This document shows positions 45,460-54,276 of a stretch of DNA of 64,000 nt, piece by piece (position 1 is the stretch's first letter; every line of letters begins with the position of its first letter). The notes below the pieces were generated by a model that was not told the origin of the DNA, did no database searches, and saw only the letters and a list, made by a program, of their open reading frames with translations. The DNA is from an uncultured candidate division WWE3 bacterium (GTDB taxonomy: Bacteria; Patescibacteriota; WWE3; UBA101185; UBA10185), in NCBI GenBank assembly GCA_903879985.1, contig CAIRNR010000004.1, positions 32,762 to 96,761 on the forward strand, written 5' to 3'. The position numbers and the translations under genes were made by a program.

Positions 45460-47496
45460 TTATTTTATATTGTACCAACCGTTTTGGAAGCTATCGGCCG
45501 AAACAGGAACGCTATACTCTCCGCTTTTGCAGTGATTTATTGGTTTAATTTTTATATTCTGCCAACTTGCAACGTTTGGCAAAAATTCATGACCGTCATT
45601 ACTCATATTTGAAATATTCCATGGATAATTTCCGGTGCCATCATCTATTTTTACAGAAATTTTATCGGCACCATATTGAGTCCAAATTAAGTTCATGCCC
45701 GATACACCGTTTACTGTTGCCGGTTCTAATTTAATCCAAGTCGTTTTTCCTGGTTTACTCCATAGGCAGCGTGTATCTTTTTTAAATGTTTTAAAGCTTG
45801 CAGCTGCTGACTGTGTTTCTGAATAACTAAATTCTTGTACGCGACTTCGTGCGTTATCAGTAACAAAAACGTTTTCATCCTTATCTACAACTATTCCGTA
45901 AGGTTTATAAAATTGGCCAAGATCTATACCTGGAGTGCCATAGATTTGCCACGTATTACCGTTATACATTTGTATACGACTATTAAAATCGTCAGCGACA
46001 TATAAATTCCCGAGTGAATCAAAAGCAATATCTGAAGCGCCTTCAAATTGTCCTGGATCAGAACCTTCTCCTTGGGCAACAACGTTCCAAGTTGTACTAC
46101 CCACGGGTAAAACGCTAATACTACTGTCTCCAGAAGAAACAACGTAAACATCACCATTTTCAGCTATAGCAATGCCCACAGGATTATCAAATGTTGTGTC
46201 TGTTCCTAATTCAGTCCATGTATCGTTTATATATTCATAAACTTTTCCGAAATCTGTATCCGTAACATAGACATTGTCGTTTTTATCAACAGCTATTCCC
46301 ATTGGAGTATCTAATACCTCGTTAGAATTTTGAAAAATGGACCAGTCTTCCCCATTGTAAGTCATTACGTTTCTGTTTTCCGGATTTGTAACATAAATAA
46401 CTCCGTGAGAATCTACCGCAATACCATAAGGCATAAAATCTTCTCTGTCCTCAGTTGTAGAAATAGTTGACCAGTTTGTGCCATCGAACACTTGTATTTG
46501 GTTATTAGTTGAATCAGACACATAAATATGACCATTTTTATCAGTGGCTATTTTGGTTGGGTTATCAAACTTTCCTGCTCCAGTGTAACCACCATATGTT
46601 GTTAGCTCATCTTCAAAAATATCGTATTTGATTATAGAATGTGCTCCTGTGTCTGCTACAAATATATTGTTACCATCTGGAGTTACGGCTATTCCGTAGT
46701 TGTAGTCAAAACTACCTGACAAAACTTCTGACCAATTTTCGCCATCAAATCTTACAATTCGGCCATTAGATGTATCAGATACATATACTTCTCTGTTGTT
46801 ATCTACGGCTATTCCTGAAGGGTATGATAGTGCTCCGATTCCGCTACTAGCACTATCGAATGCGTGCCAATCGTTACCATCATACATTTGGAATCTTTGG
46901 TTCATTGTGTCTATTACGTAAAGTTTATCTAGTGGATCAATAGCAATTTGACGAGGACTGTTAAATTGTCCAACACCCGCTCCGGAAGTGCCTATTATTG
47001 TCCAGGTCTCTCCATCAAACTTTTGTATACGATTATTCCCTTGATCTGATACATAAATATTTCCTTGTGAGTCAGTTACAACGCCATAAGGTTGGTTAAA
47101 CTCTCCTAGCCCACTTCCACCACTTCCAATTATTACCCAAGTTTCACTTGTAGCATCGTATTTTTGAATTTGATTGTTATAGGTATCTGCTACGTAAACA
47201 TTGTCATTTGTGTCAACGAATACTCCAAACGGAGTGTTCATATTTTGTTGATCTGAATTAGCAAAAATTGTCCACGCGGAGTTTTCATATCTTATTATTC
47301 TGTTATTTCCGGAGTCAGCTGCATACATATTTCCATGGCTATCTAATGCTACAGAACGTGGTTGGCTAAAAAGAATTTCGGGCCAGGCTTTAATTGTTGA
47401 AGGGTGGGTAAAGTCAATTGCAGCGTAAGTCTTTGCGTTAAAAAAAACGCAACTACATGCTACAAACACTAGCAGTTTAAGATAAAAAGGTTTCAT
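45460..47496 (-). CDS. Secreted NHL-repeat beta-propeller protein with the shared C-terminal module (subtype 1).
   Basis: It has a signal peptide and about 10 NHL-type repeats (YAADSGNNRIIRY, YVADTYNNQIQKY, YVSDQGNNRIQKF and others), then FKKDTRCL plus a 95-aa C-terminal module ending NHCKSGEYSVPVSAD. Confidence 0.6.
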   Translation of the reverse strand: MKPFYLKLLVFVACSCVFFNAKTYAAIDFTHPSTIKAWPEILFSQPRSVALDSHGNMYAADSGNNRIIRYENSAWTIFANSDQQNMNTPFGVFVDTNDNVYVADTYNNQIQKYDATSETWVIIGSGGSGLGEFNQPYGVVTDSQGNIYVSDQGNNRIQKFDGETWTIIGTSGAGVGQFNSPRQIAIDPLDKLYVIDTMNQRFQMYDGNDWHAFDSASSGIGALSYPSGIAVDNNREVYVSDTSNGRIVRFDGENWSEVLSGSFDYNYGIAVTPDGNNIFVADTGAHSIIKYDIFEDELTTYGGYTGAGKFDNPTKIATDKNGHIYVSDSTNNQIQVFDGTNWSTISTTEDREDFMPYGIAVDSHGVIYVTNPENRNVMTYNGEDWSIFQNSNEVLDTPMGIAVDKNDNVYVTDTDFGKVYEYINDTWTELGTDTTFDNPVGIAIAENGDVYVVSSGDSSISVLPVGSTTWNVVAQGEGSDPGQFEGASDIAFDSLGNLYVADDFNSRIQMYNGNTWQIYGTPGIDLGQFYKPYGIVVDKDENVFVTDNARSRVQEFSYSETQSAAASFKTFKKDTRCLWSKPGKTTWIKLEPATVNGVSGMNLIWTQYGADKISVKIDDGTGNYPWNISNMSNDGHEFLPNVASWQNIKIKPINHCKSGEYSVPVSADSFQNGWYNIK

Positions 47497-47563
47497 GGGC
47501 TACCTATAATCATAATACTTGTTAATATATTTGAGCAATAACTTTAAATTAGCTGATTATTTA

Positions 47564-47830
47564 CTATTTAGACCAGCGTTTTAATTTTGGTAAGTTATCA
47601 GTGGCCATGTTGCGAGCTTCTTCCTCGGACATGCCCATTTGTGTAGCCATTCCTGCCTGTTTATTGATCATCTCTTCTAAAGTTCCGTTCCATGTGAATT
47701 CGCCATCTTGAAAACAATATGTACAGTATTCATCGTTTTGCGATCCGTCCTTGTTTGTTCCAAAATCTTCTGTTGCCATCATTGGCATTCCGCAACTTTG
47801 ACAAACTACTACTTCATTAGTGCTATCCAT
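47564..47830 (-). CDS. Putative zinc-ribbon domain protein (88 aa).
   Basis: It has CQSCGMPM...YCTYC (CxxC-x(n)-CxxC) with a conserved Trp/Gly tail. Confidence 0.4.
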   Translation of the reverse strand: MDSTNEVVVCQSCGMPMMATEDFGTNKDGSQNDEYCTYCFQDGEFTWNGTLEEMINKQAGMATQMGMSEEEARNMATDNLPKLKRWSK

Positions 47831-47875
47831 ATTTTTTGCCTTTCAATTAAATAACATAGAATTAAGACAATTATA

Positions 47876-47917
47876 AATAAAAAAATGCACCCGATAAATG
47901 ATTAGTTCATCGAGTGC
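47876..47917 (-). terminator. Intrinsic terminator.
   Basis: GCACTCGAT-(13 nt)-ATCGGGTGC followed by an 8-T run on the minus strand. Confidence 0.5.
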
Positions 47918-47956
47918 AAAATAGTAGGCACAAACTGTGCTTGTTTAGCGGGTCAG

Positions 47957-48193
47957 TCAGGTTGGGTCAAATCCGTCGACATTTGTTCCGGCAGGTGACC
48001 ATTGTGTTATCTTTCCATCAGGTTCTACCGTGTGTCCTCCGCCAACATAATTGCCTTCAGCATCTGTATCCCATGATATGCGTGTACCTGGGCGATACAA
48101 TGTGTGGTGCGCACCATCTGGCCTATGTGACTCACCCATTCTGCCTAAATCTCCTTCATCGTAAGGATTATTTGTAGCTGTGGGTCCGCCCAT
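47957..48193 (-). CDS. Small Gly/Pro-rich hypothetical protein (about 78 aa; GC-rich).
   Basis: The ORF track start is 48313. An internal ATG at 48193 follows the RBS AAAGGAGGT (MGGPTATNNPY...). Confidence 0.35.
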   Translation of the reverse strand: MGGPTATNNPYDEGDLGRMGESHRPDGAHHTLYRPGTRISWDTDAEGNYVGGGHTVEPDGKITQWSPAGTNVDGFDPT

Positions 48194-48248
48194 ATTTACC
48201 TCCTTTATTAGTAGATTAAGGTAATAATATTCTCTAACCAATGGCTGA

Positions 48249-48785
48249 TCAATCTCCCAGGCCGGCGGATACAAACTGGCGGGTATTTTCTGCGCCATTT
48301 CCTGCTTGTACAAACTTGCCTTGATTAAAATCGTAGGCTGAGTTCACCGAACCGCTGGAATTTTTGAGCACAAATCTTGTTAAGTAGCCATCGGCTGTTA
48401 AGGTAATGGTACCGGTACCTTGATCATTTCCTCCATTATCCCAGTGTGTGGTTACAGTGTGCACGCCGTTTTGATTCACGACCTCGTACCAGTATTTGCC
48501 GCCGGAAGTGGTTTTGTAATCGAATCTGGTTGAACCTTCAACAAACTTAAGTGCTTTGTCCCAGATACCCTTCATATAGTACGGAAGGATCGTGAACGCC
48601 AGGTAACCATTCATCATTACGGCCACATACTTGCCGCGGGCTTTGGCCATATGGTCAATCACCCATTGGTTAAGCTGTTCCTTGGAATACTTTTTGAAGT
48701 CTTCTTTTTCACCGAGGGTTGGTTCTCTACCATACACAGACTTAAACAGGTCAGAGAAAGAAATGTAACACCACCAAGCAGACAT
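48249..48785 (-). CDS. Hypothetical 178-aa protein (GC-rich).
   Basis: The ORF is clean and Trp/Tyr-rich. Confidence 0.3.
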   Translation of the reverse strand: MSAWWCYISFSDLFKSVYGREPTLGEKEDFKKYSKEQLNQWVIDHMAKARGKYVAVMMNGYLAFTILPYYMKGIWDKALKFVEGSTRFDYKTTSGGKYWYEVVNQNGVHTVTTHWDNGGNDQGTGTITLTADGYLTRFVLKNSSGSVNSAYDFNQGKFVQAGNGAENTRQFVSAGLGD

Positions 48786-48863
48786 AATATTCTCCTTTCG
48801 ATAGGTTCCCTCTTGGTGTGAGGGTTATAAGATTGCACGAATACTACATCCGACAAAAGTATT

Positions 48864-49634
48864 TTGCAAACAGCCTGTTTTTCGCATGCTATAATTACGC
48901 AAGTGCTTACGCCAAACACCAACAAAAAAAGATATATATTAAAAGTAAGTGGCGAGCTATTTTCCTCTAAAGACAAAAACATAGACTTTGAAAAATACGA
49001 TGAGTTTTCTAAACAGCTTATACAAATGGTTGATAAAACTGGTATTCAGTTAGCCTTGGTTGTTGGTGGTGGAAATATTTTTCGCGGTCGAGAACGAAAT
49101 CAAAATGTAGATTCTGCTGAAGCTGATTCAATTGGAATGCTTGCTACGGTTATAAACGGGATCGCCCTCCGAGAAGCATTTGTTCGTAATGGTGCCACTG
49201 AAACCAGATTAATGACTGCTTTTCACTTACCTGAATTTGCTGAACCTTATATTCGTTTAAAAGGGAAATCTCATTTAGATAGACATAGAATAGTAATATT
49301 AGCCGGTGGTTTAGGTAAACCAAATTTTTCAACCGACTCTGCTGTTGCTCAATACGCTGGAGAGCTTGATTGTAGTATGGTTTTAAAAGCAAGTACTATT
49401 GATGGTGTTTACGACAAAGATCCTAAGAAAAGTAATGACGCGGTTAAATACACTAAGTTAACTTTTCAAGAGGCATTGGAAAAGAGGTTAAAGGTTATGG
49501 ATACTACGGCTTTTGCGATGTGTATGAATTCGGAAATTCCAATCTTTGTTTTTGACGGTAAGGACCTTAATAGGTTGCCAGATATTGTTAATGGCGACTT
49601 TAGTTTCGGCAGTTTAGTTTGCCCTATAGTATAG
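48864..49634 (+). CDS. pyrH: UMP kinase.
   Basis: It has KRYILKVSGELF and VVGGGNIFRG, the amino-acid kinase family PyrH motifs. The ORF track start at 48864 is a TTG. A GTG at 48903 gives a canonical PyrH N-terminus length and lies 7 nt after a TATAAT box. Confidence 0.7.
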   Translation: MQTACFSHAIITQVLTPNTNKKRYILKVSGELFSSKDKNIDFEKYDEFSKQLIQMVDKTGIQLALVVGGGNIFRGRERNQNVDSAEADSIGMLATVINGIALREAFVRNGATETRLMTAFHLPEFAEPYIRLKGKSHLDRHRIVILAGGLGKPNFSTDSAVAQYAGELDCSMVLKASTIDGVYDKDPKKSNDAVKYTKLTFQEALEKRLKVMDTTAFAMCMNSEIPIFVFDGKDLNRLPDIVNGDFSFGSLVCPIV

Positions 49635-49686
49635 ACTTTTTACCCATTTTCTGTTAAAATCCTCGCAATATCTTAAACTATCTGAA

Positions 49687-49995
49687 ATGGAAAAGGAGTC
49701 AACTATGGCTGAACCTCGTAAGTCTTTGAGCACTAAGATCATTGAAAAGTTTCCACTTATTGGAAGCGTCTTAGTCATCTTAGTTGTTATGCTGACGTGT
49801 GCAACTACCCCGTACTACACGCTATTAAAGTACATACTCTGCATTATTGTTATCGCGCTGTATGGGGCACATGCATTAAGCAGGGCCGAGAACAAAAAAT
49901 ACGCCTTTGGTGATGTTCCGATTAACTTCGTTATCATCTTGCTTGTTCTCGTGTATATGGTCGGCCTGGTTGTTACCGGTATGTTTTTTAAGTAA
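49687..49995 (+). CDS. Small membrane protein (102 aa, 3 TM).
   Basis: It has an RBS GGAG and a terminator at 50004..50046 (AAGCGTCTTTA-(16 nt)-TAAGGACGCT followed by TTTTTT). Confidence 0.4.
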   Translation: MEKESTMAEPRKSLSTKIIEKFPLIGSVLVILVVMLTCATTPYYTLLKYILCIIVIALYGAHALSRAENKKYAFGDVPINFVIILLVLVYMVGLVVTGMFFK

Positions 49996-50055
49996 AATGG
50001 GAAAGCGTCTTTATATCCTCATGGAGTATAAGGACGCTATTTTTTGCCCGATTCT

Positions 50056-50235
50056 CTAATATGCTTGTCCTGGTGGTAATAAAGGAGCGTTTCGGTACAT
50101 ACATGAATTACTAAGTTTTCCAGGCAGGCACTGTCCGCCGGAAGTGTACTTATATAGGAATATCCCGATTGCAACCAGCAAAGCTGTTATTACGCAGAAA
50201 AGTATTATCAACCTAGTTTTTTTAGTGAATTTCAT
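50056..50235 (-). CDS. Candidate 59-aa small membrane protein (below the ORF-track cutoff).
   Basis: ATG..TAG ORF MKFTKKTRLIILFCVITALLVAIGIFLYKYTSGGQCLPGK... with one TM helix. No clear RBS. Confidence 0.2.
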   Translation of the reverse strand: MKFTKKTRLIILFCVITALLVAIGIFLYKYTSGGQCLPGKLSNSCMYRNAPLLPPGQAY

Positions 50236-50265
50236 TAATAAATTATGATACTTTGAGTTTTAGAG

Positions 50266-50308
50266 TCAACAAAAAAGGGTATCAATGCTTTGTTTGCAAA
50301 TGATACCC
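50266..50308 (-). terminator. Intrinsic terminator.
   Basis: GGGTATCA-(16 nt)-TGATACCC with a T7 run on the minus strand. Confidence 0.55.
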
Positions 50309-50327
50309 TATGTTTTACGTTACATAT

Positions 50328-50834
50328 TTATCCTATTCCTAGTCTAGTGAGAAGGTGTGCTTTGACCATTTCAATATTGTCTTTAGGCACACCCATACGT
50401 AGTAGAACGTTCGTTAAATAATCCCGAAGTTCTACCCGATCATCGCATAGTATTGCGACACTTTCACCATCGTCGCGTTCTTCCGAGGCGTAATCCACGA
50501 CAGGCTCATGTTTTTTCATGATAAGTATTCGACCACCATTTGTCGTAGAAATTGCCTCGATGTGCTTCCAGGAATACGGTAGGTACATCGAAACTTCTAC
50601 TCGGGCACATGGTTGCTTTGCGCGTTCTTTTTCACCAAAAAACGATGGTTCCTGTGCAGCAGCAATAATTCTTCCGCCAAATACATCATAAGAAATATTT
50701 CCGCTATTTTGGAAATAATCAAATTTAACAAAGCGGAAGATCTTTAACGTACCGTACTGACCTTCTTTAAGCCGCGATGCCACAAAGAATCCGTGGTTGT
50801 ATGTCTTACCCGGGTTATTAAACAGATTATTCAT
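50328..50834 (-). CDS. Hypothetical 168-aa protein.
   Basis: The ORF is clean and lies 1 nt downstream of the 78-aa gene. Confidence 0.3.
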   Translation of the reverse strand: MNNLFNNPGKTYNHGFFVASRLKEGQYGTLKIFRFVKFDYFQNSGNISYDVFGGRIIAAAQEPSFFGEKERAKQPCARVEVSMYLPYSWKHIEAISTTNGGRILIMKKHEPVVDYASEERDDGESVAILCDDRVELRDYLTNVLLRMGVPKDNIEMVKAHLLTRLGIG

Positions 50835-50835
50835 G

Positions 50836-51072
50836 TTAAAATCCCAGGCTAGATCCGTCTAAAACCAGTGTTTGTGGCCTGTTAGCGTTGTTTTCGATGT
50901 TTTTGATTCGAAGTTGTCCCATAATACTGTTGGGGCTAACCGTTTGGCCTGGTTTAGGTTCCACAAGTAAATCTATTTCGCCGGTGGAAACAGCCATTAG
51001 GGTATGTCTTCTTTCTCTTCCCATTCTACGGGAGTCCGGTAAATCAACACGATAAAAATATTTCATTCTCAC
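50836..51072 (-). CDS. Hypothetical 78-aa protein.
   Basis: The ORF is clean and tightly coupled to the 168-aa gene. Confidence 0.3.
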   Translation of the reverse strand: MRMKYFYRVDLPDSRRMGRERRHTLMAVSTGEIDLLVEPKPGQTVSPNSIMGQLRIKNIENNANRPQTLVLDGSSLGF

Positions 51073-51169
51073 TCCTTTAACATCTATATTTGGATTAATT
51101 AGCCGTAGTTTAGGCTAAAATATCGAAAAAGTCAAAGCTATAGGATACGTAATCGCCGTAGGCGCTAAG

Positions 51170-52540
51170 TTACTTTTCTATCGCAACAATCTTTATTTGA
51201 GTAACATCGTGAAAGCCGAATTTTCCGTGTTCCCTACCCATACCGGACTTTTTGTAACCACCAAAAGGATTTGATTCTTTACAATACCCTAAATTATTTT
51301 GGCTCACCATTCCTGTATTAATTTGTAAGGCTACCCTTTCAAATTTTGCTTTGTCTTGTGTAAAAACGTAACCGCCAAGTCCATACATTGTGTCATTTGC
51401 CAAAGCTATGGCTTCTTCTTCGGTTTCAAAACTGACCACGGGCAAAACCGGCCCAAATACTTCTTCCTGCCAAACCTGCATATCTTTTGTGACGCCTGTT
51501 AATAATGTGGGAAGATAGAAAGCACCGTTTAAACCTTCGGGCCTTATACCGCCAACTAATATTTTTGCACCCTTTGAAACTGCGTCTGCAACTTGTGCTT
51601 CTAGTGCGATTACTTGTCGTTCAGCAACGAGCGGTCCCATATTATTAATTTCATCTGTAGCAATTCCTACTTTTTTCTCAGCTATCTTTTCTAATAACAG
51701 TTTAATAGTTTCATCGAACCTAGATTTATGAACAATTAATCTTTTTAAACCATCACAAATCTGACCGCAGTTTAAGAATCTATTTAAAATAATTGTGTCG
51801 ATAACGGCCGGAATGTCGGCATCCTCGAAAATAATTCCCGGAGCTGAACCGCCCATTTCTAATAGCACTGGTATAAATTTTTCGGCTGCTACTTTATATA
51901 GCTGCTGACCAATTTTAGTGCTACCTGTAAAGCAAATCATGTCTACATTTTGGTGAGCTAATACATCTCCTACAATTCCGTCGCCGTATACAATACTTAA
52001 TACACACTCTGGTAAACCTGATTCCGTGGTAATTTCTTCGAGCATTTTGGAAAACAAAGGAACTTCTTCTGATGTTTTTAAAACGATAACATTACCGGCA
52101 ACTAAATTTTGTCCGCACTGCCACACAAAATTGGACATTGGAAAGTTCCAAGCAATTATGACTGCGACTACACCACGGGGTTCGTAGTAAACAACGTTTT
52201 TTTCGTTGTCGTCTTCATATGTAACCTCTGGTGATAAGGATTCGTTTGCGTGAGCACTGTACCAACGTAAATATTTAATTCCACCTGCTACATCTTCTTT
52301 GGCTTCGTTAATGGGCATTCCCATTTCTTTTGATTGTAGTAAAGCTAGTTCGTCGGCATGTTGTTCAATAGTGTCATAAAATTTTAAAAGATATTTGTTA
52401 CGCCCTTCTATACCCAAGTTTTTCCAGTTTTCTTTTGCTTTGTGCGCTTTTTCAACTATGTTTTGAATTTCTTCGGCGGTGGTTATTTCAACTTCGCCAA
52501 TTACTGAATTGTCTGATGGGTTTATTGATGTTAGTTTCAT
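51170..52540 (-). CDS. NAD(P)-dependent aldehyde dehydrogenase.
   Basis: It has ALDH motifs: FTGSTKIGQ, the Glu active-site region LLEMGGSAPGIIF, and the catalytic Cys region GQICDGLKRLIVH. The product is 456 aa. Confidence 0.8.
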   Translation of the reverse strand: MKLTSINPSDNSVIGEVEITTAEEIQNIVEKAHKAKENWKNLGIEGRNKYLLKFYDTIEQHADELALLQSKEMGMPINEAKEDVAGGIKYLRWYSAHANESLSPEVTYEDDNEKNVVYYEPRGVVAVIIAWNFPMSNFVWQCGQNLVAGNVIVLKTSEEVPLFSKMLEEITTESGLPECVLSIVYGDGIVGDVLAHQNVDMICFTGSTKIGQQLYKVAAEKFIPVLLEMGGSAPGIIFEDADIPAVIDTIILNRFLNCGQICDGLKRLIVHKSRFDETIKLLLEKIAEKKVGIATDEINNMGPLVAERQVIALEAQVADAVSKGAKILVGGIRPEGLNGAFYLPTLLTGVTKDMQVWQEEVFGPVLPVVSFETEEEAIALANDTMYGLGGYVFTQDKAKFERVALQINTGMVSQNNLGYCKESNPFGGYKKSGMGREHGKFGFHDVTQIKIVAIEK

Positions 52541-52620
52541 ACTGGAATTATACAGCAGTTATTCTATAAGGACTCCCTTTAGCGGTCACCATCTCCCACA
52601 CACCAACAAATACCTGTATA

Positions 52621-54267
52621 ATGCTTAGTGCAATGCCTACTGAAGAAGTATTAATACAACTAAATAACGCCTCTTTTAGATACGGTGCTGAAGAATTTCT
52701 TTTTAAAGACGTTAAGCTAACCGTTAAAAAAGGTGACCGTACAGCCATTGTTGGCATTAACGGCAGTGGTAAGAGCACGCTCTTAAAGCTCTTAACAGGA
52801 CAGCTTCCTATAGAAGAAGGCGAAATTTCAATTAACTGCAAGCCTTACTACGTTCCTCAAATAGACCTATCTGTTAACCAAGAAAACTTGACTGTGTATG
52901 AATATATCGAAAAGTATTATACCGAATGGTGGGAAATTCCAAGTGAAGTTGAACGACTATTTGGCCTAACAATTAATACTGACGCTTTAGCAAAAACTTT
53001 AAGCGGTGGCGAACTCATGAAACTAAACTTGGCAATAGCACTAAAACATAACCCGGACGTTTTAATCTTGGACGAACCAACAAACCATTTAGACGTTAAA
53101 GCCATAAAATCTCTTATCGACTTTATACAGGCTCCTGTAAATCAAAAATATACTTTTATTGTAGTTTCACACGACATATTTTTCATTAACACCGTTATAA
53201 ATAAAATTTGGGAATTGGATAAACAAACAATAACAACTTATGGCGGTAATTACGATTTTTATGTTCAGCAAAAAGAATTTCAGGTAAATGGATTAAGAAA
53301 ACAATTTGAAGTCGCTAAAAACCAGTTAGAACGCGCAAAAGAAACCGAACAAAAGGAAATTGAAAAACGTGCCAACAAAGCTAATCAAGCAAAACGTGCA
53401 TTTATAAAAGGAAGTATTGATAAAACTGAATTCAGTGAAGGTAAAAATTCGGCCGGTTCCTCTATGCACACAATTACTGCTGCTATTGAAAAGTTAAAAG
53501 AAGACGCTGCCGAAGATTTGGAATTATTTGAAACCGAAGAACGCAAATTAGCTTTTATGAATATTAAAAACACAAAAGAAAATTTGGGCAGAACAATTTT
53601 CGAGTTAAAAGATAACAAGCTTTTAGTTGACGATAAAGTTTTGTTAACCGAGGTTAATCTGAAAGTTTTATACGGAGACAGAATAGTTTTGGCTGGAGAT
53701 AATGGTACAGGAAAATCCTCACTAATAAAGGCGCTTTTACAAAAAGGCACAGGTTATGCAGGTAGTCCAAACATTAAACTTGAGGGCGAAAACTATGTGG
53801 GCGCTAATATGGCTTGGGTTTATATCGATCAAAACTACAGTTTAATAAAACCAGATTTAGATTTAATCCAAAACCTAATGACTTATAACAACACTTTTAC
53901 CGAAGATATTGCTAAGGAACAATTAGGTAAGTTTAAGTTCAGAACAAAAGCTGAGCACAATAAACTTGGTAAAAATCTTAGTGGTGGTGAAATGGTTCGA
54001 CTTGTTATGGCTATGATCACGTCAAATCCTGTTGATTTGTTAATTATGGACGAACCTACAAATAATTTAGACGTTGCTACTGTGGAAGTTTTGGTTAAAT
54101 CGTTAACTTTTTTCCGAGGTTCATTAATTATTATTTCTCATAATATCGACTTTTTGACTAAGATTAATATTCAAACTGCCTATTTGATAAAAAATAAAAA
54201 GATTAAGCCGTTAAATGTAGCTCCAAGTAATCGCGAGGAATTTTATAAGGCGTTGTTAGCCGCTTAA
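52621..54267 (+). CDS. ABC-F family ATPase (two ABC cassettes, no TMD; EttA/Uup/YheS-like).
   Basis: It has Walker A GINGSGKST and GDNGTGKSS, signatures LSGGELMKLNLA and LSGGEMVRLVMA, and a coiled linker (KETEQKEIEKRANKANQAKRA). Confidence 0.8.
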   Translation: MLSAMPTEEVLIQLNNASFRYGAEEFLFKDVKLTVKKGDRTAIVGINGSGKSTLLKLLTGQLPIEEGEISINCKPYYVPQIDLSVNQENLTVYEYIEKYYTEWWEIPSEVERLFGLTINTDALAKTLSGGELMKLNLAIALKHNPDVLILDEPTNHLDVKAIKSLIDFIQAPVNQKYTFIVVSHDIFFINTVINKIWELDKQTITTYGGNYDFYVQQKEFQVNGLRKQFEVAKNQLERAKETEQKEIEKRANKANQAKRAFIKGSIDKTEFSEGKNSAGSSMHTITAAIEKLKEDAAEDLELFETEERKLAFMNIKNTKENLGRTIFELKDNKLLVDDKVLLTEVNLKVLYGDRIVLAGDNGTGKSSLIKALLQKGTGYAGSPNIKLEGENYVGANMAWVYIDQNYSLIKPDLDLIQNLMTYNNTFTEDIAKEQLGKFKFRTKAEHNKLGKNLSGGEMVRLVMAMITSNPVDLLIMDEPTNNLDVATVEVLVKSLTFFRGSLIIISHNIDFLTKINIQTAYLIKNKKIKPLNVAPSNREEFYKALLAA

Positions 54268-54276
54268 AGTTCGAAT

